In this document: positions 10,263 to 21,900 of the stretch, in pieces
How positions within the stretch are numbered: the stretch's first letter is position 1
How the letters are laid out: each line of letters begins with the position of its first letter
NCBI GenBank assembly: GCA_050950765.1
Contig: JBMNIF010000001.1
Location: forward strand, 256,001 to 320,000
DNA: 64,000 nt
Direction: 5' to 3'
Source: Bdellovibrionota bacterium
Lineage (GTDB): Bacteria; Bdellovibrionota_C; UBA2361; JAAYZI01
The notes under the pieces: model-generated
The model's input: the letters and a program-made list of their open reading frames with translations, nothing else
The model's database searches: none
Told to the model about the DNA's origin: nothing
Program-made: the position numbers and the translations under genes

Positions 10263-11419
10263 TTGGCATAACCCTCCCCTAGCAACCACAGTGCCCTTTT
10301 TAGACTGGCTTGGATCATATCCGGTGCATTTTCTGTTATCTTTTTTTTCTGTTCTGTGGTGAGCTCACGTTTTGTTTCTTTAACAATTTCTAGTACAGGT
10401 AATACGGAGTTTGCAGCGTTCAGGTAAATTTTACGAGCAGTCGATTCTGACATTTCTGCTAGTCCGCCTTGGATTATATAGTTCGCAAATCTTTCTATTA
10501 TTGCGTTCTGTTTGTTGGTGGGATCAATTCCTGTTTTTTTAGCAATTTCAAGAGCAGATAGTATGCACGTCTTAACGTCACTGATACTGGTAAAGCGAGT
10601 ACGAAAAATTCCTTCCAATGCGTTGTTTAGTTCGCATTTAATCGCACGCCTCGCAGTGTCTCCTAGCATATCGTTAAGTTTTTTGGGGAGCTTAATCCCT
10701 GTTTCTTCAGAAAATTTACGCGCAAGTAACACAGAGTCTATAGCGTCAGCGCTATTAAGAGCGGAACCATAACGACAAACAACTTTTGTCCATGCTTCTG
10801 CTAGTTGAACTTTGGTCACATTCGCTGAGGGGAATTTTTTTCTAGCATTATTTACGATTGAAGCAGCTGGTGAATCATTTACAGGACGAGAAGGAAGGTT
10901 ATGTCCAGCTAGTGGGTTCTCCCCCCCCTCGTTGTGATCCACTTCGTGATTGGACTTAAAACTAGGATTGATCATAATATTACCTTATACAAATACAACA
11001 ATACTTCTTACTTAAAAGCATTACTTAAAAACAATTTTTAAGGATTATAATGTTTTTTAAAAACCTAAGAAACGTTTCCAACAAAAAATAATATTTAATT
11101 TTTTTCCTGACTTATGAGCTTTTTTTGAGTTTTTAGCTAAGTTTGTTCATTATAAAAAACTAACTTATTGAACTTGTTGAAATATGAGAAGAAGTTTTTT
11201 AAGAACGGTGAAAATATCCAACGGTGAAAATATCAACCGTTCCATCCTTTAGCTAGAAGCTTTCTTTTCCTTTTTCTAACCTCTGAGCTTTTTTAAAAGA
11301 GTGTCTAGGCTAGGAGTGTTTAGGACAGGTAGAGTGAGGAACTTAGACAATATAAAGAGCTCGAATCTAGCGCTTATTTTGTAGGCATGTCTGGCGGATA
11401 GTTTTTTGAGAAAAAGACC

Positions 11420-12020
11420 TTAAGGGCGTTTCACTTTAAATTTCTCTTCTTTGCCATTAATAAATCTGTTGATGTTATCTTTGTGTCGATAAAAAATTAG
11501 TGTAGCAGCAGCAACAGCAAGAAGGATAATGGGGTTTTCTTCTTTCCTAAGCATGATAATGATAGGAAGAGCCAACGCAGCAGAGACCGAAGCTAGAGAA
11601 ACTATCTTTTGCCAAACCATGATCGCCGCAAAAATTATAGTTGCAATTACGACAGAAAGTGGTGAAAGGTAAAGAAAAACTCCCGCTGTTGTGGCGACTC
11701 CTTTTCCGTGAGGAAGTTTTTTCGGAATTGAAAAACAGTGCCCCGCAATAGCAGCCGCTGAAGCGGCTACTGCAAAGTTAGTATTGCCGGAAATCGCGGT
11801 GGCGATAAGAGGTGCTAAAAATCCCTTTAAAATATCTAATAATAGAGTCAATACACCTGCTCTTGAACCAAGCACCCGTGCTACATTAGTTGCTCCGACG
11901 TTACCACTTCCGCACTTCTCGATCTCTACCGAGTGTAGTTTTGCGATAATATATCCGCTGGGAAATACACCTAAAAAATAAAAGGGAATTAACGCTAATA
12001 CAAATAAGATCTCTGCCATC
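11420..12020 (-). CDS. plsY: glycerol-3-phosphate acyltransferase PlsY
   Basis: GSGNVGATNVAR, DILKG, GHCFS, GKGVAT, YRHKDNI motifs; start taken at MAEILF, could be slightly upstream. Confidence 0.95.
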
Positions 12021-12107
12021 ACTATCGCCATAAGAGTGTGCAGCTGCAAGATCAGCGTGCATATTAAATATTTTTAATGCCGCCCACATTTAAGAGCGGT
12101 ACTCTAA

Positions 12108-14114
12108 TTACGCAAAAATCACCTTGCCATCCATCTCTTTAGGCGCCTTTAATCCGAAAGCGTTAATAATGGATGGTGCTAAATCCCAAATATTCGGAGA
12201 GAGATCTCCGATCGTTCTATTACTTAAAATCACACCTGGAACCGTTGAGCTATCCATACAGTGATCGGCAGACCAGAGGTCTTTTCTATCGTTTAAGATC
12301 TGCGCCGGAAACTTACCTAAAACAGCATCATCAGAGATGCGATAGCCGCGGTTGTAGCCAAGCACAATATCCGGTGCAAGCGCCAAGTAAGGACCAGAAT
12401 AGATCTTACGTGAATCATAAACATTCTTTAAAACTTTTTCTCCTGTCTTCGGATCGCGCACCTCTTTCAATTTATTAATCAGATCGTTGATAATATTGTT
12501 TGCATCTTTTGGATTTACGGAGCCGTATATCTCTCGTCCTTCCAAATTTAAGTAGATGCCGTTTAACCCCATAACGTAAGCTTTTGTCTTTGACCAATCT
12601 AGACAACTGTAAAAATTGCACTGACTCATCAATGAAGGATCGGTTAGTGCCGCAAAGCCATTTTCTACCAGCCAAGTGCTAACGTTAAATTCACGTGTAA
12701 ACGGTGCGAATCCGTGGTCTGACATCACCATCAAGGTGGTGCTTTGATCTACCTTTGACATAACCTGCCCAAGAACTTTATCCATAGCACGATAAAAGTA
12801 ATAGACGGCATTTTTTGTTTCAGGACTTGCCTTCGGATCATAAAGTGGATGTCGCGGATCCATCAGGCGCCACAACATATGGCTGTTTTGATCAACACTT
12901 GAAAAATAGAAAAAGAAGAGCCCTTCCTGAAATTGCGAAAACTGATAGTCAAAAACGCGTAACGTTTCTTGCAAAACTCCTTTGGCGTGGGTGAAAAACT
13001 CGTCATTCGTAAAGATACCGTGTGAAAGAGCTTTGTTATCTTCTGGAAAGCCTTTTGTATAAAAGCGCCCCACAACTTCAGAGAGCTCGCGAGAAAATCC
13101 GGAAGGGTTGCAGATAGGAAGGGTCGGATCCATCGGATCAATATTGATCGGTGAAATGTAAAGCCGCATTTTCGGATGTACTTCTTGCAGGTAGATTCTA
13201 ACCATACCGCTAACACTGGCGAACATCGGCATGAACTCGAACTTCAGCGGCAGCCATTCCGACCACTCGCCCTCTTTCATGACTAATTCATGGTCTTGAA
13301 TCTTGATCTTTGCAACACTTTCCCACGGGTCGCGAGCAATAGAGATATCAACAGCAGCATCTTCGCCAGTTGTGCGGAATGAATTCTTAGGTCCTTTCAG
13401 TTGTGTTTTTACACTGTGATTTTTTAACGTAATCGGCACCACGCGACCGCCTGTAAATTTATCAGCTCCTGGAACTTCTGCATCAGTAAAGTAGGTGAAG
13501 GTGCCGTAAGTGCCCAGTAGATCCGGCGTGCCCATGCCGCTGATCTGTTTTGATGTGCCTTCCTGAATAATAGGGAAATCCGCCGGAATGGCAAACATAG
13601 TGGAAGGGATGTTATGATTTTCAAGGGTTGTCCAAAAAGCAGGGCCACGTCTTAAGTTTTCAACTTTACCGCTACTAATCGGGAATGAGTATTTGCCGAT
13701 ATCGATACTCTCCGAAGAGCTTGTTGTTCTTGAAGTCGATAAGTATGGCGAAAACTTAGCGGGATCACGGTGGATGAAATCAAAGATGCCGTGTCCGCCA
13801 GGGTTGCAGCCTGAGATAAAACTCGCCCATGCCACAGGACTTTGCGGCGGCATAGTTGTTCCCAGTTGAGAATAGTGTCCTGATGTCATCAGTTTTTTAA
13901 AGTTAGGCATTTCACCCCGTGCAACGAAGAGCTTTAAAAGCTCAGGATCCATACCGTCTATGCCGAGGACGATAACTTTTTTTGAAAGAGCGGTGTTGCT
14001 GAGATACGGAGATTTGAATAAATTTTTAGTGGGGAGAGTAGAAGCTCCCATCAGAGCTAAACATCCGGCGGCTTTGCCTAAGAACTCACGACGTGAAATA
14101 TTTTTTTCTGACAT
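12108..14114 (-). CDS. Tat-exported alkaline phosphatase superfamily protein (type I phosphodiesterase / nucleotide pyrophosphatase-like)
   Basis: SRREFL twin-arginine signal; LGIDGMD, PPQSPVAW, NPGGHGIFDF, MSDHGF, ADH metal-binding motifs. Confidence 0.88.
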   Translation of the reverse strand: MSEKNISRREFLGKAAGCLALMGASTLPTKNLFKSPYLSNTALSKKVIVLGIDGMDPELLKLFVARGEMPNFKKLMTSGHYSQLGTTMPPQSPVAWASFISGCNPGGHGIFDFIHRDPAKFSPYLSTSRTTSSSESIDIGKYSFPISSGKVENLRRGPAFWTTLENHNIPSTMFAIPADFPIIQEGTSKQISGMGTPDLLGTYGTFTYFTDAEVPGADKFTGGRVVPITLKNHSVKTQLKGPKNSFRTTGEDAAVDISIARDPWESVAKIKIQDHELVMKEGEWSEWLPLKFEFMPMFASVSGMVRIYLQEVHPKMRLYISPINIDPMDPTLPICNPSGFSRELSEVVGRFYTKGFPEDNKALSHGIFTNDEFFTHAKGVLQETLRVFDYQFSQFQEGLFFFYFSSVDQNSHMLWRLMDPRHPLYDPKASPETKNAVYYFYRAMDKVLGQVMSKVDQSTTLMVMSDHGFAPFTREFNVSTWLVENGFAALTDPSLMSQCNFYSCLDWSKTKAYVMGLNGIYLNLEGREIYGSVNPKDANNIINDLINKLKEVRDPKTGEKVLKNVYDSRKIYSGPYLALAPDIVLGYNRGYRISDDAVLGKFPAQILNDRKDLWSADHCMDSSTVPGVILSNRTIGDLSPNIWDLAPSIINAFGLKAPKEMDGKVIFA

Positions 14115-14334
14115 TATTGTAGTACCTTTAAACTTAAGAGAAGGTCTAAATTTCTAGCACAAAGTGGGAAAATGAACAATTTTAGATAGCAAGCGCTTTT
14201 GTCGAAGTGGCTATTGCCTCAAAAATAGATAGTACTGAAAAATTGTAGCTGGCTAGGTTTTTGCTGAGGTAGGAGTTATTGAGGAAATAAAAAAAACGTG
14301 CTAGGGTGGTGCGAATAGTTAATCATCTTGATTA

Positions 14335-14410
14335 GCCAACTTAGCTCAGTTGGTAGAGCAACGGTTTTGTAAACCGTAGGTCCTGGGTTCGAGCCCCTGA
14401 GTTGGCTCCA
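14335..14410 (+). tRNA. tRNA-Thr(TGT)
   Basis: 76-nt cloverleaf: acceptor GCCAACT/AGTTGGC, anticodon arm ACGGT-TTTGTAA-ACCGT, TTCGA loop, encoded CCA. Confidence 0.97.
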
Positions 14411-14619
14411 TTTAATTTGTCACTAAAGACGACTCACTTGTGCAAGCTATTTGGCAGCAAGTTAAATTGGCTGCAAGTCAAAGTTACACTGACTTAAAGC
14501 GCTGCTAAGCGACCTCCTCGAACAAACATCCTGAAAAGATATCTTAAGCGAACACACCTTAAGGGAGCATCTCTTCCACAGCAACTCTCTGCTTTGTGTT
14601 AGCTTTGAAGGTGGAGGGT

Positions 14620-14935
14620 TTTTTGTACCACCCTTCAGCAAGAAGTGGGTTCATATATCCACGTTTTTCTAGAAGATGCGGCTTTTCTACTTGGAAAAGT
14701 TGGCACTACTAAAAGTCGCTAGTGCCAAAATGTGGCTATATTGGCACTAGTGGGGATTAAAAAGCAGGTGCCACCCACCAGTACTATCAATAATATCAGG
14801 ACGTTAACAAAGGCTTAGGGCTTGGTAAATTTGGTACCACCCACCAGTGACAACAGGACGGGCGGCGACTTGCAGAACAAATCAGCTAGATCTCTACGGA
14901 GGTAAAAAGTGGGTGTCCTACTTGAAGTGTTTTTT
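14620..14935 (-). repeat. REP-like module cluster, reverse orientation
   Basis: 14832-14931 is the reverse complement of the 1125-1210 module; further GGTGCCACCCACC and GTACCACCCTTCAG cores; TGGCACTA..TAGTGCCA hairpin. Confidence 0.8.
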
Positions 14936-15241
14936 GAGTAGCTATTACTACTCCATTAGAAAGACCTTTCTAAAAATAAAAATCTTTTCCCCTTAATGTG
15001 GTGCCTTTGCGTGCTGCATGGTACAAAAACTTGCTTTAGTAATCTTAATTATTGGGTCTTAATGAAGAAGGAGTCTGGGGGGGAGATATTAAAAAACAGG
15101 TTATTTCAAAAGAGAGGGAAAAGTATTGATTCCTCTAAATATGAGAGTCTGGTGAAAAGATATTAAAAAACAGGTTATTTTGAGCCGTTGGGGAAATTAC
15201 CCTCCAACGGACGGTGAACGCCATTTAAAGAGGAAAAGATA

Positions 15242-18200
15242 TTGGGAAAACAGATTGTTTCAAGAGAAGGTGCGGATGATGGTTGCGATCAAGTAGAGAT
15301 GCTGCCACTTATGCGGGAGATTTATGATTTTTGTGTTAAAGCGCGTGAGATTGATGCCTTAGAGCTGGATTTCGTCCGTCGGGGAGAAGCTTTTTTTCAT
15401 GTTTCGTGTAGCGGTCATGAAAATCTGGCGTTTCTCGGTCCTCACTTAATCGCAGATGATTATCTGCACTGCCATTATCGCGACAAAGCTTTGATGCTCT
15501 ATCGTGGGGTAACACCTAAACAATTTTTCTTAAGTTTATTTTGTAAAGATGAAAGCCATAGTCACGGCAGGCAGATGTCGGCACACATCTCAGACCGCAC
15601 TTTAAATATCCTCAGTATCGTTGGACCTGTCGGTAATAACGCTTTGCAATCCGTCGGAATCGCCTCAAAGATAAAAGATAGCCCCACCAATCCGATCGTT
15701 TATTGCGCCATAGGTGACGGCACAAGTCAGCAAGGAGAAGTGCTGGAGGGTGTCGCGCAGGCGGTGCGTTGTGAATTGCCTGTGCTGTTTGTCGTTGAAA
15801 ATAACGGTTTGGCGATATCATCTCATACGAAAGGACGAACCTTTTTTTCGAGACCAGATGGTAAGGCGGAGGAGTTCTACGGTCTTCCGATCAACTATAT
15901 TAATGGTTGCAATCCACTCGAAGTTTATAAAAAATTCGGTGCTATTGTGCAGCAGATGCGGCGAGATCGTAAACCAGCTATCGTGGTAATCGAGGTTGAG
16001 AGGTTGACTAATCACACTAATGTTGATGATCAGGAAGTTTACAGAACTTCGGATGAGATCGCGCATAACTGGGAAACATCAGACCCCATTGTGATCCTTG
16101 AAAAATGGTTGCTGGATAACGGAGTTTCGCAAGTTGAGCTAAGTGAAAATAGGGAAAAGATCAGGAGTGCACTTAAGGAAGAGGCAGAAAATGCTAGAAG
16201 TGCTAAGGAGCCGCAACCTGAGTTTACTGCTAAGGCTCCTTTGTCGGAAAAATTATTAAATTGTAAAGATTATTGTGGAGGCTCTCCTGCCAAAGGTGGC
16301 GAGGGAGAATCCCTTACCATGATCGAAGCGATTAGAGAAGTTTTGCGGTATCACTTAAAAAACGATCCCGCCGTAACACTTTACGGCGAAGATATTGAGG
16401 ATCCTAAAGGGGATGTTTTTGGTGTAACGCGGGGACTCACAGAGGAGTTCGCGGGGAGAGTTAGGAACTCTCCACTTTGCGAATCAACGATAGTAGGGTT
16501 CTCTGTCGGGGAAGCGTTGGCTGGTGGGAGACCCGTAGCGTTTTTGCAGTTCGCAGATTTTATACCGATCGCTTTTAATCAGATCAGTACTGAAATGGCG
16601 TCTATGTATTGGCGGACAGGCGGAAAATGGCAAGCTCCCGTTATTTTGATGGTTTCAATGGGTGGTTTTAAACCTGGGCTTGGGCCGTTTCACGCCGCCT
16701 CTATGGAATCAACGGTGGCACATATTCCAGGGCTAGATGTTTTCCTACCTTCAACTGCTGGTGATGCAGCAGCACTTTTAAATGCCGCTTTTGAATCAAA
16801 ACGTCCGACGGTGTTTTTCTATCCGAAAAGCCTTTTAAACAGCCGCTCTTATACCACCACCCCCGATATTGAAAAACAGATAGCGAAGATCGGCACAGCT
16901 GTGCTACGAGCTGAAGGGAGTGATCTAACGTTTGTGGGGTGGGGCAATGTTTTGCCGATCCTTGAGAAGGTTGCTGCAACGTTAGCGAAATATGATGTAA
17001 CGAGTGATGTTATAGACCTGCGCTCGATCTCTCCGTGGGATGAGTCGTTAGTGTTGGAGTCTGCACGAAAAACGGCGCGAGTTGTTATTGTATCTGAAGA
17101 AAATGGAACGGCTTCAATGGCTGCTGAAATAGCAGCAACTATCGCTGAGAAAGTAGAAGACAAGGTGCAGATAAAACGGGTCACGCGACCTGATACATTC
17201 ATCCCGTGTAATTTTGCTAATCAACTTGAGGTGCTGCCGAGTTATAAATCAACTTTAGAAGCAGCGCTTGAGCTACTTGGCGGGACAGTTGAGTGGGAAT
17301 GCGTCGATAAGGAAGGGGGCGACTATATTATTAATGCTTTAGGTGCGAGCCCTTCGGATGAATCTGTTACTATCGTTGAATGGTTTGTTAAAGCTGGTGA
17401 TGTGATAGGTCCAGGCGCGGTGCTAGCTGATGCTGAAGCGGAGAAGGCTTCCTTTTCGGTTTCTTCACCTGTTGCCGGTATGGTGCAGGCTTTACTTGTT
17501 GCGGAGGGGGAGAGCACCCATGTAGGTTCCCCATTGTTAAAAGTTTCAACTGAGAACGTTAACAAAACATATAGACCGATCACAAAAGAGGACGCAGGTT
17601 TGGCACGTATCACGCTACCTGAAAAGAGTTTGAAGAAGAGTTCAAAGCAAGAAGATCGCGCTGCACAAAAACAGGAGGTCTTGTCGACTACTGCGGGGGA
17701 TGATTTTATTGCTGGCATTGTTGCTGTAAGTGCGGTTACAGGTAGTAGAAAAGTAACGAATGAAGAGATCTCAACGAATTGTCCGACTTGGACGGCTGCA
17801 GATATCTTTAGAAGGACGGGAATTAAAAATCGTTATTGGGTAAATGATGATGAAGATGCTTTGACACTAGCGTTGCAGGCAGCGAAAGACGTGCTTAAGA
17901 AAGGTGCTATTACACTTGAAGATCTTGATATGTTGATCGTTTCAACAGGTTCTCCTATTGAGATTACGCCGTCTATGGCGTGCAGTGTTTTAAGTGGACT
18001 ATCAGATCCTGCGCGGTCTGCTGCTATTCCGACTTATGATATCAATGCTGCTTGTTCGGGCTACCTCTACGGCTTACTTATTGCGTATGACTTTTTAAGG
18101 TCTGTGCCGACGGGGCGAGTCCTCTTGATCACGACGGAGGTTAGTTCGGATATAGTAGATCCTGCGGATCCTGATACTGCTGCGATCTTTGGAGATGGTG

Positions 18201-18667
18201 CTACGGCAACACTCTTAGTCGGTGCTGAAATGCGATCACAGGCGAAACTAAAGGTGGAGCGCCCTGTGCTTGGTGCTAAAGGCGATCTTGCTAGAGTTCT
18301 GCAGATTCCAAGAGACTTAACGCACCGCATGTATATGGATGGAGTAAAAGTTTTTCCGGAAGCTGTTCGAAATATGGTGTTGTTCTTAAATAAAGCTTGC
18401 GCAGCAGCTGGGGTTAAAATTTCAGACCTTGATCGTGTTATCTCTCATCAAGCTAATCAGCGCATCCTTAATTCAATTAGTCAGAAGGCGCATCTAGCAG
18501 AAGGTGTGATGTATTCTATGATTGCAGAGTATGGAAATACATCCTCATCCTCTATCCCGTTTTGTATAGATAAATTATGGGACGATATTCAACCTGCTAA
18601 AACTTGGGGGCTATGCGCTTTTGGTGGTGGATTTACCTTCGGCGGCGCTGTGCTTAAAACGTTATAG
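15242..18667 (+). CDS. fusion protein: 2-oxoacid dehydrogenase E1alpha + E1beta + lipoyl domain + FabH-type ketoacyl synthase III
   Basis: HYRD and GDG..ENN TPP motif; YGEDI, PLCESTIVG, GPFH; lipoyl-like EAEKA with V..GD / GE....G..L; DINAACSG, SHQAN, YGNTSS, FGGG. Confidence 0.92.
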   Translation: MGKQIVSREGADDGCDQVEMLPLMREIYDFCVKAREIDALELDFVRRGEAFFHVSCSGHENLAFLGPHLIADDYLHCHYRDKALMLYRGVTPKQFFLSLFCKDESHSHGRQMSAHISDRTLNILSIVGPVGNNALQSVGIASKIKDSPTNPIVYCAIGDGTSQQGEVLEGVAQAVRCELPVLFVVENNGLAISSHTKGRTFFSRPDGKAEEFYGLPINYINGCNPLEVYKKFGAIVQQMRRDRKPAIVVIEVERLTNHTNVDDQEVYRTSDEIAHNWETSDPIVILEKWLLDNGVSQVELSENREKIRSALKEEAENARSAKEPQPEFTAKAPLSEKLLNCKDYCGGSPAKGGEGESLTMIEAIREVLRYHLKNDPAVTLYGEDIEDPKGDVFGVTRGLTEEFAGRVRNSPLCESTIVGFSVGEALAGGRPVAFLQFADFIPIAFNQISTEMASMYWRTGGKWQAPVILMVSMGGFKPGLGPFHAASMESTVAHIPGLDVFLPSTAGDAAALLNAAFESKRPTVFFYPKSLLNSRSYTTTPDIEKQIAKIGTAVLRAEGSDLTFVGWGNVLPILEKVAATLAKYDVTSDVIDLRSISPWDESLVLESARKTARVVIVSEENGTASMAAEIAATIAEKVEDKVQIKRVTRPDTFIPCNFANQLEVLPSYKSTLEAALELLGGTVEWECVDKEGGDYIINALGASPSDESVTIVEWFVKAGDVIGPGAVLADAEAEKASFSVSSPVAGMVQALLVAEGESTHVGSPLLKVSTENVNKTYRPITKEDAGLARITLPEKSLKKSSKQEDRAAQKQEVLSTTAGDDFIAGIVAVSAVTGSRKVTNEEISTNCPTWTAADIFRRTGIKNRYWVNDDEDALTLALQAAKDVLKKGAITLEDLDMLIVSTGSPIEITPSMACSVLSGLSDPARSAAIPTYDINAACSGYLYGLLIAYDFLRSVPTGRVLLITTEVSSDIVDPADPDTAAIFGDGATATLLVGAEMRSQAKLKVERPVLGAKGDLARVLQIPRDLTHRMYMDGVKVFPEAVRNMVLFLNKACAAAGVKISDLDRVISHQANQRILNSISQKAHLAEGVMYSMIAEYGNTSSSSIPFCIDKLWDDIQPAKTWGLCAFGGGFTFGGAVLKTL

Positions 18668-18951
18668 AGTGGAGGTGTAATAGAGTAGAGGTGTAAGTAA
18701 GAGGTGCAATCGACTTCTTTATTTATTTTATTATGACCTTTTAGTCAGATGGGGGCGTTTTTTTTGGAGGTAAGAGTTTTTAAAAACTGTTTTTGTTAAT
18801 GGAGGTTGAAGAAGATGTTTTTTTAAAAGCGAACTCGGTGCCATCCTTTAGCTGGAAGCTTTAAAAAAAACTATCTAAGCTAGGGGAAGTTAGACTATAA
18901 TTTTGTTATTTGAAAAAAATTATCCGTGCTTGAAAAGTAGAAGTAATCAAC

Positions 18952-21900
18952 TTAGCCAGGAACGTCTTCTTCCCTCATTTTGAATACGAGTATTTCATCA
19001 TCATCATCTTGATTTATTTCATCAGGATCTCTAAATCTAAGATTGTTTCGTTTAACTTTAATTAATCTTCTTATAGTAAGATCTCCTTTAGGTTCCTCCA
19101 TAGTTTCTGTCTCGCGCACTTGAGCGGCTAGCAACTCCTCATCCTCTTTATTTTTTTCTATAATTTTTTTAACTAAATCGCCAGCGCCCCCAGATCTCAA
19201 GCGTGGATGGACTCTTGCTTTTACCGTTGTTTCTACTTTAGCTTTAGCTGGCTGTCTAACTACATTTTTTGTTTCTGTTTTTGCTACTGCTTCAGTTTCT
19301 GTTTGTTGCTTTACCTTTACTGCAGTTTCTGTTGCTGTTTGTTTTGCAGGTTGTGTTTCTTTTGCTGTTTGATGCTCTGTTTCTTCTGCAGGTTGTGGCT
19401 TTGTTTGTTCTAGAGGTTTTGTCTCTGTTATGGGGGCTGTTTGCTCTGGTATTTCTTCATAAATTGGTTTTGTCTCTATTGGCTTTTGTTCTGGTATTTC
19501 TATTTCATAAATTGGTTTTGTTTCTGTTGTCGTTTCTTCTGCTCTGTTCTCTACGATCTTTGTTTGTTCTGCAACATTATTAGTCGTCGCAATGCGTGAG
19601 CCAGCGCGTGCTGCAGCGGCAGCGGTCGCCTCTCGTATTGAATTAAAAGAAGCTGGTTGTGTTAAGTCTATTTTCCCGAGTAAATGCTCTATATTTCCAA
19701 AAGAATTAGAGGTTTCTTCGCTAACCAATTTTACGACACCGGCGGGAGTTGGCTCTGGTGGTGGCGGTAGATCCATTGCATTATTGATACGATCTGCAGG
19801 TCTCTTTTTAAATTCTGCAACTGCTTTGTTTTGTCTAAAACTATCAAGCCAATTATTTACATCAAATTTCTGTTTTGGTACTTGAGACACTTTGGTTTCA
19901 GTTAAGGAATTAAATTTTTCATTGAATGCGGCACTATTTTTTTCAGCAGAAAAAGTCTGCTTTATATTTTTGAAACCGAGTTCAGAAGAGAAATTATTCT
20001 CTGTGGTAGCCTTTATTTTGTTAATCTGTCCAGATGATGGTGATGAAGAAGTACCATCGCCTAATTTAGGTAATCCTTCTGAACGTGGCTCTGACCTTAC
20101 AGAGGGACGTTGTGCATTACCTTTTGGAGCCTTTAATGGGGTAGATCTTTGTTGTGGAGTTACGGGTTTAACATTTTTTAAAAATTTTGTGATTTCTAGA
20201 TAGTCACTTTTAGAAAGAAAACCATCGTTTGCCATGTCCTTTAAAATAGTTTCGACTTCTTGAAAAGTTTTAGCACTTGATAATTCAAACCGCCGAGTTT
20301 TAAGACGAGTATCTTTGAGAATTTCTCTTGCTTTTGGAGTTAGTTGTGGAGAACTATCTCCTTTATTTGATGAGTTAAATGTTTTAGTATCTGTGTTTCC
20401 TCCTTTTTTAAACTCGGTTTCCGTAGTAGGTGTTGTGTTCTTTGGAGGAGTTTTAGGCTTTGGTTGAGCGGAGTTAACTGTTGTAGCCCTTCCTCCTGTT
20501 TGAGAAGATCCGCCTTGTGAAGCAGATGCGGTGTTTTTAGGAGGTTGTTGCTTTGAAGATACGTTACTATTTCCTTGTGGTGGGGTGGTTTTAGTTGTTG
20601 CAGAGTTTGTTCTTGTTTGAGGAGATCCGCCTTGTGAAGCAGATGCAGAGTTTGTTCCCATTATAAATCCGTCTAAATCGAAAGAAGATAGGGATTCTTT
20701 CAACCAATAGCGAACCTCACCTATTGTTAACAGTTCGTCCAGTTTTTGCGCCTTCCGAAGTTCTATTTTTAGCTTATTAGGAACTTCAGGATGCTTAAGA
20801 AGGATGTTTGTTTGGCGAGGGGTTAATTTTTGCTGGTTTAAACTCTGTAAAAATATTGTTGTCTTCTCTGTTGGTGCAGAAACAGTTGAAGGATTTGGAG
20901 CTTTTCCTGCTTGTTTGAAAAAGTTGTCCAAGCTGTGATTTTGTGGCTTAGCAGAGGGAACTGGAGATGATTCTCCAGTTGAAAGAGAGTTGCTATTAAC
21001 TCTCAGACTTCTAGCAGAAGAGGAATTCTGCCCTTTTGCTGAATTAAGATTAGAAAAAAACTCTTCTCCCGTCTGAGTTCTACTGTTCCCTCTTCTGCTT
21101 GAGGGAGTTTGTTTAGCTTTTGAACTTGCAGGAGTTGCAGTAGTACCTCTAGCTGCTGCAGATCCTTGTTGAGGTGAAGATGGTGGTGTAGAGCTTCTCG
21201 TAACTGTTGTAGAAGTTATACTTCCGCCGCTTTTTTGTAATCTAGCTTGAAGTTTGTTGATATAATCTGGATTAACCGTTACTCCCTGCTCTTTGAAAGC
21301 TTTGCTCATTTTTTTTATTACTCCACGAGAGGGCTTTCTTGATATATCTGAAGCATTACGAAGTGTGCCTCGTGTAAGAGGTTGCCCAGTGCGGTCACTT
21401 TTAGAAAGAAAACCATCGTTTGCCATGTCCTTTAAAATAGTTTCGACTTCTTGAAAAGTTTTAGCACTTGATAATTCAAACCGCCGAGTTTTAAGACGAG
21501 TATCTTTGAGAATTTCTCTTGCTTTTGGAGTTAGTTGTGGAGAACTATCTCCTTTATTTGATGAGTTAAATGTTTTAGTATCTGTGTTTCCTCCTTTTTT
21601 AAACTCGGTTTCCGTAGTAGGTGTTGTGTTCTTTGGAGGAGTTTTAGGCTTTGGTTGAGCGGAGTTAACTGTTGTAGCCCTTCCTCCTGTTTGAGAAGAT
21701 CCGCCTTGTGAAGCAGATGCGGTGTTTTTAGGAGGTTGTTGCTTTGAAGATACGTTACTATTTCCTTGTGGTGGGGTGGTTTTAGTTGTTGCAGAGTTTG
21801 TTCTTGTTTGAGGAGATCCGCCTTGTGAAGCAGATGCAGAGTTTGTTCCCATTATAAATCCGTCTAAATCGAAAGAAGATAGGGATTCTTTCAACCAATA

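Larger units (their letters stand above)
7964..10975 (-). pseudogene. helical-repeat family protein copy C, interrupted by IS1634-family element (391 aa if excised)
   Basis: Removing the IS and one target copy joins 10975-10263 to 8426-7964 in frame (...GEGYAKGSLDNVRS...). Confidence 0.9.

Noticed and set aside
14335..15240. Prophage or island integrated at tRNA-Thr
   Set aside because: No integrase and no duplicated tRNA 3' end seen
18665..18710. GAGGTG(T/C)AA x3 after the fusion gene, and GCGGCTCTGGG x2 at ~7783
   Set aside because: Too short and few to assign a function; likely slippage products
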